Of a stretch of 64,000 bases of DNA, positions 19,581-29,531 are shown one piece after another (the first letter of the stretch is position 1; each line of letters starts with the position of its first letter). The stretch is from a virus. A program made the translations under genes and the position numbers. The notes under the pieces are model-generated. The model worked only from the letters and a program-made list of their open reading frames with translations. It searched no databases and was not told the DNA's origin. The stretch is taken from UHGV virus genome UHGV-2031204, one strand, 5' to 3'.

Positions 19581-21287
19581 ATGGCAATGAAACTTTTGAA
19601 ACTACAAATGTATCCAGTGTACGAAATCCCAGAGCAGATTCGTCGTCGCATTGGGTTCTTTGAATCGCAGCACGCTTTGGATGAGTTAGTGGATGTGGTT
19701 GCAGAACACGGTGATAAAGCAACAGGTTCTCGGGCTTATCAAGAAGCCTTGGGGCAGATTGTGGGTTTCGACAACACCCCAACTGGCATTGAACGTCCAT
19801 TCATTAACGTGAGTGATAACGAATCGCAACCAATCCATTTTGCGTATAATTCTCGCGATACTGGTGTGTATAACTTCGTGGCGATTATTGTTTCGAACTC
19901 GTTAAATGACACACGGACTCAAGAAACACGTTATGTTGTTTCCGGGTATACGTCCCAGGCAGAACGATCCATGTTTAATCACCTGCCGGATGACATGGTT
20001 CTGTATATCAACGAAATATACGGGTTACAATGTACGTATATCACCGATGCGTTTGGTGGACGTCGTATCAACCCGGATTCCTTCCGTTTGATAGACAACT
20101 ATGTGTTGTCCAAGACATTAACCGCAGACAGTTATGTAGAGCACACCATTGACGTTATTTCTACCGCGAAAGCAGCTGATATGGTGCGTAAAGTGGTGAA
20201 AGCTGGTGAGCAGATTGAGCTGGATAACAACACTGTTATCTCTGCTAATTGCCAGCGTGCACCACAGTTGATGTCTAGTCAATTAACACGACCAGAATCT
20301 TTCGTGACAGCTATCTCCAATTCCTTCATTAATACCATGGGGATTGAAACGGAGTTGAGTGCAGTGGACAGTTTCTTCGCAGGAGATCATTCTCTTGGGG
20401 TAGAATCTGAACTTAGCCAGATCGGGGTGATGCGTAATTTCAATAGTTACGAATTGGTGAAGGCTTTTAGAACCGCCATATCCAACGCCACGTCCGATAT
20501 GACTAGCGGTTGGAACGTTGCGAACCGTGCAGCATTCAAACTGTGCGACCTGCGTAACGCGGTGATTAATCCCGAAGACGTAGATGCTGCAATTGCGCAC
20601 TCACTGGCTGTCGCAGCCCGTCGCGGTTTTGGTGAAATTGAACGCACCGATGATTGGGTAGGACGTAACAACTATTCTACTCAGGGTTCGTTGGTGGCAT
20701 TTGATTTAGCCATGTTACTGGGGCCTGTGGTCACTCGTAACCTTATCGGCGAAGTGACTTTCTTCTACGATAACCGTATGGCGGATATTGCAACACCTCC
20801 TCTGCTGCAAGTGTCAAAACACAACGTTGGGGCATTAACTGAAGACGGATTACCGGATGTGTTAGCACGTCGCTTCTTAAGTGACTTACAAGGCGTATTC
20901 TTGCAAGTGACTAAACACAACCGTATTCGTTGTAAGATGACCGTAACGTGTATCGTTGGGGTGGTTTCACGTATTGAAATCGAAATCGATGGTGAGCTGC
21001 CTGAGTATTATACTCATGCGTCGTTCATGAAAGCACGTCTGCATTGTGGTACAACGACTGACCTTCAGTACACGAACCAGTTAGCTGCAGAAACAGCGCA
21101 GCTGATGAACAAAGTGGAAGAAGGGTACCAAGAATTCAACCGTGGTCAGAACCGTTCGAATATCCTGTCGAATATTCCAACTGCCCCTGTGTCTGCACCT
21201 ACGAGCCTGGGTAGCTTCGGTAGCTTTGGTGGTGGCGATATGTCAACCTCTGCGCCAGTGTCTGGCTTTGGTGCATTCGGCGAGTAA
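19581..21287 (+). CDS. hypothetical protein with FG-motif C-terminal tail
   Basis: 568 aa; AAGGAG upstream; C-terminus ...SLGSFGSFGGGDMSTSAPVSGFGAFGE. Confidence 0.6.
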   Translation: MAMKLLKLQMYPVYEIPEQIRRRIGFFESQHALDELVDVVAEHGDKATGSRAYQEALGQIVGFDNTPTGIERPFINVSDNESQPIHFAYNSRDTGVYNFVAIIVSNSLNDTRTQETRYVVSGYTSQAERSMFNHLPDDMVLYINEIYGLQCTYITDAFGGRRINPDSFRLIDNYVLSKTLTADSYVEHTIDVISTAKAADMVRKVVKAGEQIELDNNTVISANCQRAPQLMSSQLTRPESFVTAISNSFINTMGIETELSAVDSFFAGDHSLGVESELSQIGVMRNFNSYELVKAFRTAISNATSDMTSGWNVANRAAFKLCDLRNAVINPEDVDAAIAHSLAVAARRGFGEIERTDDWVGRNNYSTQGSLVAFDLAMLLGPVVTRNLIGEVTFFYDNRMADIATPPLLQVSKHNVGALTEDGLPDVLARRFLSDLQGVFLQVTKHNRIRCKMTVTCIVGVVSRIEIEIDGELPEYYTHASFMKARLHCGTTTDLQYTNQLAAETAQLMNKVEEGYQEFNRGQNRSNILSNIPTAPVSAPTSLGSFGSFGGGDMSTSAPVSGFGAFGE

Positions 21288-21309
21288 AAGATTAATCAAG
21301 GACTCTTAA

Positions 21310-22689
21310 ATGAAAATTATTGAATTCTACAAATCGTTTCTTAAATCACAAGGATTCGATTTTGAAAACGATTTACTCACTCGTGACGGTGGTGAACCGG
21401 CAGAGTTTACGTATAACAAAGTGAAGCGCCGTTTGGCGCTTCCTACCCCAGCGATGATTAAGCGTGGCATGGAAGACGACGATGGTCGTGAATGTCAAGC
21501 ATTTCATCCACTGTGTGAATCGGTACTGGCAGGTGAATCAGGGACAATTCGTTTCCTGAAGAAATCCATTAATGCGAACCTGTTCATTCGTTCCTTTGCA
21601 TTAATCGACGCGATTCTGGAAACGGGGGCAAGTGGTAAAGCAGTACGTTCAGCTTCCTACAAGAAGTTCTTAACAGAACAGATTTGCGAAGGGATGAAAG
21701 ATCCGACGTTCGATGAGCGTTTGGTAAAATCCTGGGAAGCGGTTAAGGCGTTCGTTTACGCACAATTGGAAAAAGATAAAAAGCACAAGATCACCCAGCT
21801 TTTTATCGCATCTGATTTAGTTATCGATGGTGTGAAGTTTAACCGCGTAGCTAATTATCGGAATATGTTCGAAGAAGAATCGTTAGATGGTACCGCAATG
21901 TACTTCTCTGCGAAGCTTCAACGTAAACAAGACAAAATCATTATCCACCGTTTACTGACCACCGTGTTCGGTTGGTATCCGAGCGTAACGGGGTCTAATG
22001 ATTCGCGTCCGTATTTCGGTTGCTTAGCGCGTGGTTGGGCGCAGTACGTTGTGAATTATAACAACGTCGTTAAGGGATTGCGCGACCACACTTCTTTACG
22101 TCCGTTGGAAGATGAATGGATTTCTCAGCTGGACAATATGGATATTTACGATAACGTCATTCAGACCTTACCGTATAACACCGGCCCACGTTCTGACAGC
22201 CCTGAACGTGATACCACGGCGCATGACTTCCGTATTGATCGTGCACAGGCACCGCAGCAGATCCCACAAAAACGTGCATCGGATGCAGATAAAGCAGATA
22301 AGTCCGATCCGATGGAATTCTTCCGCGCTCGTGAACGTAACATGGCCGCGCATAGTCCTTATGGGAATTTGACGCCAGCGATGCAACGTTACGCTGAGCA
22401 GCACGGAACAACTAACCCCGCCAACGGTATGGTAAGTCGAATTTCTGTTGTGGATGCGTTTGGTGGTGAGCGCAAGGTTTCACCTTTCGGTGGTCAGAGT
22501 AACTTCGGTGTAGGGAATACTGGAGGTTCTTTGGCAAGCACCTTTGGCGGAGGGAATAATTCTTTCGGCGGGAATGTAGGGGGGACTAGCGCATTTAGCA
22601 CAAGTTCAGCATTTGCATCGAATAGCAGTTTTGGCGGGCAGCCGCAAAGCAGCTTCGGCGGATTTGCAACTTCGGCATTTACGCGTTAA
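21310..22689 (+). CDS. hypothetical protein with long FG-repeat low-complexity C-terminal tail
   Basis: 459 aa; the last ~80 aa carry at least 8 FG dipeptides (AFGG, PFGG, NFGV, TFGG, SFGG x3, GFAT) spaced by S/T/N/G/Q-rich linkers. Confidence 0.6.
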   Translation: MKIIEFYKSFLKSQGFDFENDLLTRDGGEPAEFTYNKVKRRLALPTPAMIKRGMEDDDGRECQAFHPLCESVLAGESGTIRFLKKSINANLFIRSFALIDAILETGASGKAVRSASYKKFLTEQICEGMKDPTFDERLVKSWEAVKAFVYAQLEKDKKHKITQLFIASDLVIDGVKFNRVANYRNMFEEESLDGTAMYFSAKLQRKQDKIIIHRLLTTVFGWYPSVTGSNDSRPYFGCLARGWAQYVVNYNNVVKGLRDHTSLRPLEDEWISQLDNMDIYDNVIQTLPYNTGPRSDSPERDTTAHDFRIDRAQAPQQIPQKRASDADKADKSDPMEFFRARERNMAAHSPYGNLTPAMQRYAEQHGTTNPANGMVSRISVVDAFGGERKVSPFGGQSNFGVGNTGGSLASTFGGGNNSFGGNVGGTSAFSTSSAFASNSSFGGQPQSSFGGFATSAFTR

Positions 22690-22700
22690 GTGAAGTATAA

Positions 22701-22728
22701 AAGAAGGGACCGTGTCCCTTCTTTTTTT
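22701..22728. terminator. bidirectional terminator hairpin
   Basis: Stem AAGAAGGGAC / GTCCCTTCTT with loop cgt, then T7; between convergent genes. Confidence 0.6.
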
Positions 22729-23050
22729 AATCATTACCGATGGTGCTAATAATCTCACTGACCGTTCCGACGTCGGGTACGATTAGTTGCGTGATTTCAG
22801 GGGTGAAATTCATGGGGTCTTCTAGCCCGTTTAATAGCATCATCGGATAGATAATGATATCGGCGTAACCTTTGAGTTTACAGTAGGCGTAGAAATTGTG
22901 GACCTCAGGCCAACTGTAGCGTGGGTCAACATTTTCTATTTTAGTTTTCGGGTGTTTACGCAGATAGTCTGTGTAATCGTGCATCACTTTCCATGTCGTG
23001 GTGTAAGGCGCAGGTATGAATTCTTCTAGGGTAATAAAATTGTCTAACAT
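22727..23050 (-). CDS. hypothetical protein (107 aa)
   Basis: Small minus-strand ORF between a terminator and a divergent promoter region. Confidence 0.45.
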   Translation of the reverse strand: MLDNFITLEEFIPAPYTTTWKVMHDYTDYLRKHPKTKIENVDPRYSWPEVHNFYAYCKLKGYADIIIYPMMLLNGLEDPMNFTPEITQLIVPDVGTVSEIISTIGND

Positions 23051-23060
23051 AATCGTTCCT

Positions 23061-23093
23061 AAAATAAGTGAGATAGATATTATCCTACTGAAT
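23061..23093 (+). promoter_or_regulatory. conserved promoter-like motif, copy 5 (TAGATATTATCCTACTGA)
   Basis: About 35 nt upstream of the RNAP beta-like gene at 23114. Confidence 0.45.
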
Positions 23094-23113
23094 CAACCTA
23101 AAGGAGCATTAAA

Positions 23114-25351
23114 ATGAAAACGCCAGTAGAGCTAATGAGCAGTGTGGCTGACCGTGAGATTAATATCACCGAAGTATCAGGTGCAAGGGCATCGATGGTA
23201 GGCAACCATATGAAGTCTGCGGTCCCTATCGACAATCCTGAACCATCGCCACATTTTACAGGGGCAGATATAAACTACCACGATTTTCTGTTCAATGACG
23301 TTGTAGAAGATCCCGGTAGCATCTGCCACTATATGACCAAAGACGGTCGTCAGCGCCGCGCGACGTTTACACGTTATGGTCGTCGTGGGGATTCTAAAGC
23401 GTTGGAACATGCTATCTTCTTCCGCCGTGCAGAAATGAAGGGCGGTAAAACCATGATAGATGTGCTGGAGATTAACTTCTATACTAACCACGACAACATC
23501 TTCTCATCTGAGAAACGTGAGTCGATGAAACTGCGTAGTATTTTACGTGGCGAAACCGATCAGTTGGAAAAGGATGAAATCCTTACAACGATGTCGTGTA
23601 TGGTGGAAGGCGAGTACGCCGATAGCGTCGTGTTACCAACCGTTACGATTTCGCATCCTGATATCATCGAGGATTCTTACACCATCTCTGAGTACGCCGC
23701 CCAAAAACTCCACGGTTATGGTTTGAAAATCGTTGAAAAGACGCTACGTGAAGACGAGTTTTTACTGGATACTTACGGTTATATCGATCCGAACGGTAAT
23801 CGCGTCCCACGGTATTTCCCGGATGTGGGGGAGGCTATTCGTGACGATGGGTTGGTCATTGCATCGCGTCGTTTCGATGAGCTTTACGGTGCAATTGATG
23901 CGTCGCTTGGGGAAACCCAACACGTCTCTCCGTTCTTTGATAGTTGCGAATATGTGGATGCCGATCCCGTCCATTATAAAGCACGTCTTGCAGGCGACAA
24001 AGAACTGATGGAACGTAGCGGTACACGTATCGTCGATATCCAGGTGTGGCGTGATGAAACGTCTTGCGCGAATGGTGCTAACAATATTTCTTGTACCGAA
24101 GAGAACAAACGAGAACTGGATAAATACGCATTAGCATTGAAAGACTATTACAATGCCATCGTACGATTCTATTTCTCAATGTCCCGTGACAAAAATATTA
24201 TCTGGTCGCCGAAAGCGTGCGTGTTGTTGGAAAAAGCGTTCGCTTCTGAAACATACGAGGTCTATCACGAGTTTCGTGAAGAGATACGCGTGGTGATTGA
24301 TGAAGCAATTCGTCGTGGTGAATACGGTAAAGAAAATGTCAGTCAGCAGATTCTTTCTAAGTTGACCTCGCCAGTACAACGTGGACTCAGCGATCCCATC
24401 AACACGTATACCATTCGTATTGCTGTTCGTTATCCGATCCCGGTAACGGTGTCGTCTAAGATTACCGACCGCTCGGGTACGAAAGGGATTGTTGGGCGTG
24501 TATTGCCCGTTGAGCAGATGCCGATTAACGAATTCGGTGAACGTGTTCACGTTTTACGTTCGATGAACGCTGTAATTCGTCGCTCGACTTATGCAGCATT
24601 ATTCCACATGTATTGGTCAGCTGCGTCTGAACAGTTGAAAATGCGTCTTAAACCATTGCTGGATGAAGGACGTATCAGCGAGAGCTGGGAAATCCTGATG
24701 GATTATCTATCACGCTATAATCCAGAATGGGCCAATACACTACAGGCAACGCATCCTACGGAGGATTTACAACGCGAACTTTTCAAAGAGATTTACGATT
24801 TTACAATCCGTATTTACTTACCACATGAACTTGACGACACGCCAGTCGATATCAGTGAACGGTTGGGTGAATTTAAACCGCGTAAATCCAAACTCCTGAT
24901 TACTAATTTCGATGGTAAACAGGAATGGACAAAAAATGAGTTTTACGTAGGTGGTGTGGAAACATTACGTCTGGATAAAACAGGTCGTGAGTTTTCCAGC
25001 ATCTCGTCAATGTATCTGAATTATCTGGGTACGATAGATGCGTCTAACCAAGGCCGTGGTTCGTATCCGATAAACTATAAAACGCTAAAATGGGCTGGTC
25101 CTTCGGAAGAACGACTGTTAGCGGGTTATGGTCCAGGTAACTACGAAGAAGTTCACGACAGGGCAAATAACCCTGCGGTGCATCGTGAGATTTTAGTAGG
25201 GCTTTATCGATCTCAAACCCCGTCTAATCCGGGTCCACTGGTAGACCGGAATAAATTCCCGTTAGGGGATTCACAGATTGACAGGATGATGAAAAACATC
25301 CACAGCTGTGAAGGGTTTGAATTGGTGAAAATGAAAAGGGGCGATGAATAA
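23114..25351 (+). CDS. multisubunit RNA polymerase beta-like subunit (C-terminal region)
   Basis: 745 aa; DRSGTKGIVGRVLPVEQMP...RSMN parallels E. coli beta [20 protein letters not shown]...SRMN; AAGGAG upstream. Confidence 0.6.
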   Translation: MKTPVELMSSVADREINITEVSGARASMVGNHMKSAVPIDNPEPSPHFTGADINYHDFLFNDVVEDPGSICHYMTKDGRQRRATFTRYGRRGDSKALEHAIFFRRAEMKGGKTMIDVLEINFYTNHDNIFSSEKRESMKLRSILRGETDQLEKDEILTTMSCMVEGEYADSVVLPTVTISHPDIIEDSYTISEYAAQKLHGYGLKIVEKTLREDEFLLDTYGYIDPNGNRVPRYFPDVGEAIRDDGLVIASRRFDELYGAIDASLGETQHVSPFFDSCEYVDADPVHYKARLAGDKELMERSGTRIVDIQVWRDETSCANGANNISCTEENKRELDKYALALKDYYNAIVRFYFSMSRDKNIIWSPKACVLLEKAFASETYEVYHEFREEIRVVIDEAIRRGEYGKENVSQQILSKLTSPVQRGLSDPINTYTIRIAVRYPIPVTVSSKITDRSGTKGIVGRVLPVEQMPINEFGERVHVLRSMNAVIRRSTYAALFHMYWSAASEQLKMRLKPLLDEGRISESWEILMDYLSRYNPEWANTLQATHPTEDLQRELFKEIYDFTIRIYLPHELDDTPVDISERLGEFKPRKSKLLITNFDGKQEWTKNEFYVGGVETLRLDKTGREFSSISSMYLNYLGTIDASNQGRGSYPINYKTLKWAGPSEERLLAGYGPGNYEEVHDRANNPAVHREILVGLYRSQTPSNPGPLVDRNKFPLGDSQIDRMMKNIHSCEGFELVKMKRGDE

Positions 25352-27450
25352 TGAAGGGCACTCCAGTTCACGTGCGTGATCTGTGTAAACTGAACTCGGA
25401 TCAGGTGTGGCTATTGCGCGGCAGATATGAAGTGACGTTCGATGACGGGATAACCTTAAACATGTCAGGACGCCACATTAAAATCAGTTGGCCTTATTGG
25501 GGGCTAACACGATTTTATCCGCAGATCCCAATCAGTTCGCAAATGGCGTATAAACATGGCGACACCGCTACAGATGACGCACATCTGAAGTTTATGTCAT
25601 TGGCAGCTGTGGCAGCACGTAAAGCGGGTGTGGATTTAGCAGATACCCGCTATTTATTGCAGCAGCACGTCTATGCGGATGCGTTTAACTTATCGGTGAA
25701 AAATCTGTTGTCGTATTGTGTCACGATTGACTACGATACGATGATGGAAATTTACCAACACCGAAATTTTACGCAGATTCATCAGTGGGCACAAATGTAT
25801 CCTACTGGGTACGACGAAGAAGGTCGGGATATGATCGAAGAAGCGTATCTTCTTATCGAAGATATCTTCAAAGACCCACAACTTCGTTTAAACCCTGTGG
25901 TGATGTCGGTCTTGGATAAAACCATCAAAATGAACCAGGTTCTCCAGGCGTATATACGCGGGAAAACGTCAGAGATTGATTCTCGCGTTTATTCTAACCA
26001 GGTATGGGAAGGTTTCTTTACGGGCCTACATTCTGTAATTAGCCGTCTGAAAGAAGCGGGAGCGACGTCACGTTCTCACCTGTATAATACCGATAAAATC
26101 GCCGATGCGGAATATGCGTCACGTAAGCTACAGTTAGCAGCCAACGTGTTAATGTATTTCGAATACGACGATTGCGGTACGCATCATGTTCACCGCCACA
26201 CGTTTACAGAAAGTAAACTGGAGCGTAAGAAGTACGATGCGATGGTAGGGATGCGTTATCGTTTTGAAGGCGTGGGAGGCCCGTGGCTACGATTCGAGAA
26301 AGGGGAGTTTGAGAAAGTCTTAGGTAAACCTATTGAGTTTCGTACCGCGATGTGCTGTAAGGGGATGGCACGTCAAAGCATTTGTGCAACGTGCATGGGT
26401 GATTTGATTTATAACCTTTCGCCGGGAACGTCCCCAGGTCACTTGGCTTCAACCTCGATATCTGAAAAGGGTACGCAGGGGATTCTCTCAACGAAGCACT
26501 TGGACTTCTTACGTTATCTGCTGAATCTGGTACTGACTCCGAGAATGCGGGATTATCTTGGGGAGTATAAACACAACTCCGTAAAAGGGTTGAGTTTACG
26601 GGAGAAACCGCAGTACGGTAATTGGGATGAATACCAACTCGTTATTTCTGATGAAGTCTATTCTGAAATCAGCCAAATCGCGTATCATGACGATTTGGAA
26701 GTGATCGACGAAACGGCATTGCCGGAGATTAACGAACTGACCTTTTTGCGGTTGGATGAAGCTGGGAATGTGTTGGCTGAAGATCCCATTGACGTCCGTA
26801 TGGGGGTTTGTGGTAACTTCTCGAAAGCCTTCTTGCATTTCTTCCTGAAACAGCGCGATAACATTACCTTCCCGTCGAAGAAGCTGGTACGGATTCCCCT
26901 GAAAGGATGGAAACCGAGTTGGCCGATACTAATTTATACGAATCGGTCTGAATCTATGGCGGAGTTTGTAGCAGGGTTAGAATTGAAACTTCGTTCGGTT
27001 GCGTCTGATAAATCGGATACTTTCGAACAGTTCTCTGATGACTCAATGCGTTTGAGCAAGAAGTCGGGTAAGGTAAAACCAACGACTCTGGTTCAGATGC
27101 GCGGTGCTACGGAGAAACAATGTACGCACGCGTTATTTGATGTGTTTAAATATATCCAACGTAAGCTCGGTGGTATTCCGATGACACACATCGCGATTAT
27201 GCTGGCGATATCACGCGTTGAATCACCGACCAATCCTTTCCCGGCGGTTGGGTTTGATAGTGAAGATGCTGATGTGATGGATGGCAAACGTTTCGAGGAT
27301 CACAATACGTTGATTGCGATGCGTTCAGCTGTACCGATGTTGTTATTCGAAGGCCAACAGAAAAACCTGGACAACGTGCGTTTCTACACGTCGCGTAAAC
27401 GTCCGGCGTCGTTATACGACAATACGGTGGCCGCGACTATCATTGAGTAA
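25351..27450 (+). CDS. possible RNA polymerase beta-prime-like subunit, C-terminal part
   Basis: 699 aa; TAATG overlap with the beta-like gene; Cys cluster CCKG...CATC and GTQGILSTKHLD weakly resembling the beta-prime bridge-helix motif SGYLTRRLVD. Weak evidence. Confidence 0.4.
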   Translation: MKGTPVHVRDLCKLNSDQVWLLRGRYEVTFDDGITLNMSGRHIKISWPYWGLTRFYPQIPISSQMAYKHGDTATDDAHLKFMSLAAVAARKAGVDLADTRYLLQQHVYADAFNLSVKNLLSYCVTIDYDTMMEIYQHRNFTQIHQWAQMYPTGYDEEGRDMIEEAYLLIEDIFKDPQLRLNPVVMSVLDKTIKMNQVLQAYIRGKTSEIDSRVYSNQVWEGFFTGLHSVISRLKEAGATSRSHLYNTDKIADAEYASRKLQLAANVLMYFEYDDCGTHHVHRHTFTESKLERKKYDAMVGMRYRFEGVGGPWLRFEKGEFEKVLGKPIEFRTAMCCKGMARQSICATCMGDLIYNLSPGTSPGHLASTSISEKGTQGILSTKHLDFLRYLLNLVLTPRMRDYLGEYKHNSVKGLSLREKPQYGNWDEYQLVISDEVYSEISQIAYHDDLEVIDETALPEINELTFLRLDEAGNVLAEDPIDVRMGVCGNFSKAFLHFFLKQRDNITFPSKKLVRIPLKGWKPSWPILIYTNRSESMAEFVAGLELKLRSVASDKSDTFEQFSDDSMRLSKKSGKVKPTTLVQMRGATEKQCTHALFDVFKYIQRKLGGIPMTHIAIMLAISRVESPTNPFPAVGFDSEDADVMDGKRFEDHNTLIAMRSAVPMLLFEGQQKNLDNVRFYTSRKRPASLYDNTVAATIIE

Positions 27451-27453
27451 ACG

Positions 27454-27480
27454 AGAGGGGCCTGCGCCCCTCTTTTTTTG
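27454..27480 (+). terminator. rho-independent terminator
   Basis: Stem GAGAGGGGC / GCCCCTCT with loop ctgc, then T7. Confidence 0.65.
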
Positions 27481-27492
27481 TAAGAGGGGAGC

Positions 27493-29202
27493 ATGTACGA
27501 ATTCCACATGACCTTTACGAGTATGGGCGTGAGGGTCGAAGTCCCTTGTCGACCTATAGAGTCGGCGATCCTAAAGTGGGCAGAAGAGAATATGCACGCC
27601 CCGAAAATGGGTAAACAATACGGAAGAATCATCACCGAACGTGGCGATCCGTATTACGCGCATATACCTTCTATCCGTACCTTTATATTCCACCGGAATT
27701 TTTCCGAACGTTTACGAATCATTATTAACCGAACTGCCGCTGAGTTTGCGATTGACTTTAAACTCTACGAGCATCACTTAACCCAGGGAACACCTTACCG
27801 CTGTACGTTTGAAAACTACGGCTTTAACATGATAGAAGAAGATGAGTCGTCACGCTTCTTTTATCAGAATGGCGTTGTAGAAACAGCGTGCCAGCCTAAC
27901 CGCTTACAAACCATCTTTGAGATTGGTACAGGGATGGGTAAGTCGAAGACGAACATGAAAGTGATGGTTCGTAAAGGGGTAAGAACGTTATTGATTCATC
28001 GACCCACGTACATCTCTAAATGGTTATTCGACTTAACGGAAGACCCTACTGGACTTCGTGAATCGAAAGAGGACGTCTTGGTTATACAGGGCGTACAAGC
28101 GGTCTACGAAGCGCTAGAAATGGGTGAAAGTGGTGAGTTGGATAAACGTGGCATCAAAGTTATTATCGTCTCTACAGTGACGTTACAGCGGTTTTTGAAA
28201 GAATATATCAACACCGCTGCGACTAACCCGGTGAACATCGATGATTTCTATAACACGCTAGGTGTTGGGTTTTTATCGATGGATGAAGTGCACGAACATT
28301 TCCACTTGGTGTACATGGCTGGAATTATGTTGAATCCGCCGCCCTCTGTTGAAATGTCAGCCACACTCCAACCGGGTGAATCGAAAGCGTTCTTGGCAGA
28401 ACGGTATAAAGAACGTTTCCCACAAGAGGCACGCATCACCATTCCGATTATTCCTGCGGTACACGTGAAAGCGTTGTATTACCGAATTGAGAATAAACGG
28501 TTTGCGTGGTGGGCAACGAAGATGACCCCGTATAACCACAAACTGTTTGAAGGGAAGCTGATTAGCGAAAACCTTCATCAGTCGTACGCGGATATGGTCT
28601 GGGATGTAATAGAACGGACGTATCTGGCAGGTTATCAACCTGGTCAGAAAGTGTTGGTGTTGTTTGCAACCGTCGCAATGTGTGAGTTCTTTACGGATTA
28701 TGTGCGAGAGAAGCTTGCACAATCTGATAAGTTCCACGCTTTGATGGTTGCGAAATATAACGCAGGAGATTCGTATGACGACTTCATTCAAGCGGATTTC
28801 TCTATTTCAACACCAGGGAAAGCGGGTACTGCGGTTGACAAACCGGGGTTGGTTCACATGTACATTACCACCCCTGTGGAAGACCAGCAGTTAAACCGTC
28901 AGATGGCCGGACGCCCACGTAAGATCCTCCACAACGACTGGGGTGAACTCGATCCCGTTGTGTGGTTATTCCATTCTTATTCGATACCGAAGCATTGCAA
29001 TTACTTGAATGCGCGTCAAAAATCACTGAGTGATTCTGTGTTGTCGTTTAAGATAGCCACCTCACCGTATATTGTAAGGAAAGCTGATGTTACTACCGCC
29101 GCAGCCAACAGAGCCAACCGCGCCGTATGCCGGTCTGAACTTAGCAAGTTTTCTCGAAAAAGTTTTAAAGGCGTATCCCGACGTTTTAGACGTCGTAAAT
29201 AA
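27493..29202 (+). CDS. superfamily-2 DExH-box helicase
   Basis: 569 aa; Walker A-like GTGMGKSKT and DEVH (helicase motif II). The C-terminal ~40 aa are basic and low-complexity. Confidence 0.55.
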   Translation: MYEFHMTFTSMGVRVEVPCRPIESAILKWAEENMHAPKMGKQYGRIITERGDPYYAHIPSIRTFIFHRNFSERLRIIINRTAAEFAIDFKLYEHHLTQGTPYRCTFENYGFNMIEEDESSRFFYQNGVVETACQPNRLQTIFEIGTGMGKSKTNMKVMVRKGVRTLLIHRPTYISKWLFDLTEDPTGLRESKEDVLVIQGVQAVYEALEMGESGELDKRGIKVIIVSTVTLQRFLKEYINTAATNPVNIDDFYNTLGVGFLSMDEVHEHFHLVYMAGIMLNPPPSVEMSATLQPGESKAFLAERYKERFPQEARITIPIIPAVHVKALYYRIENKRFAWWATKMTPYNHKLFEGKLISENLHQSYADMVWDVIERTYLAGYQPGQKVLVLFATVAMCEFFTDYVREKLAQSDKFHALMVAKYNAGDSYDDFIQADFSISTPGKAGTAVDKPGLVHMYITTPVEDQQLNRQMAGRPRKILHNDWGELDPVVWLFHSYSIPKHCNYLNARQKSLSDSVLSFKIATSPYIVRKADVTTAAANRANRAVCRSELSKFSRKSFKGVSRRFRRRK

Positions 29203-29470
29203 ACTCTGTACCGATCCTGTGATGGGCGTTGCATTTCACTATTACATGGTGAATGAACACTATGCAGGAATGCAGATTTTCCAACGTGGTAAATGCTATT
29301 ATATCACACGTAACTCCAGTATTCGTAATACTTCGTCTTATGAATTGTACAGTTGGGTTCTGTGGTCTGAAAACCCCGCAGGTAATGTAGACCAAAACCC
29401 GAAAGTGGCCTATCGGTTATACTCCGAGAAATGGCACAGTTGGGTAACCGTTCCTCATGATAACGGTTAA
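29087..29470 (+). CDS. hypothetical protein overlapping the helicase 3' end in another frame
   Basis: 127-aa ORF; ATG at 29087 with AGGAAAG upstream; overlaps 27493..29202 by 116 nt. Could be real or a sign of a frameshift. Confidence 0.3.
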   Translation: MLLPPQPTEPTAPYAGLNLASFLEKVLKAYPDVLDVVNKLCTDPVMGVAFHYYMVNEHYAGMQIFQRGKCYYITRNSSIRNTSSYELYSWVLWSENPAGNVDQNPKVAYRLYSEKWHSWVTVPHDNG

Positions 29471-29482
29471 AAAGAACAGAAC

Positions 29483-29515
29483 GGGTGTATATTGTGTACA
29501 CCCTTTCTTTTTTTG
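29483..29515 (+). terminator. rho-independent terminator
   Basis: Stem GGGTGTA / TACACCC followed by a T-rich run. Confidence 0.55.
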
Positions 29516-29531
29516 CTAAAGGAATATAAAA

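Noticed and set aside
19561-19583. Recurring CCTAAAGGAG sequence upstream of several start codons (19563, 23096, 57580, 29515, 1938)
   Set aside because: Most simply a shared strong Shine-Dalgarno context (AAAGGAG), not a separate regulatory element, though a short late-promoter element cannot be excluded.
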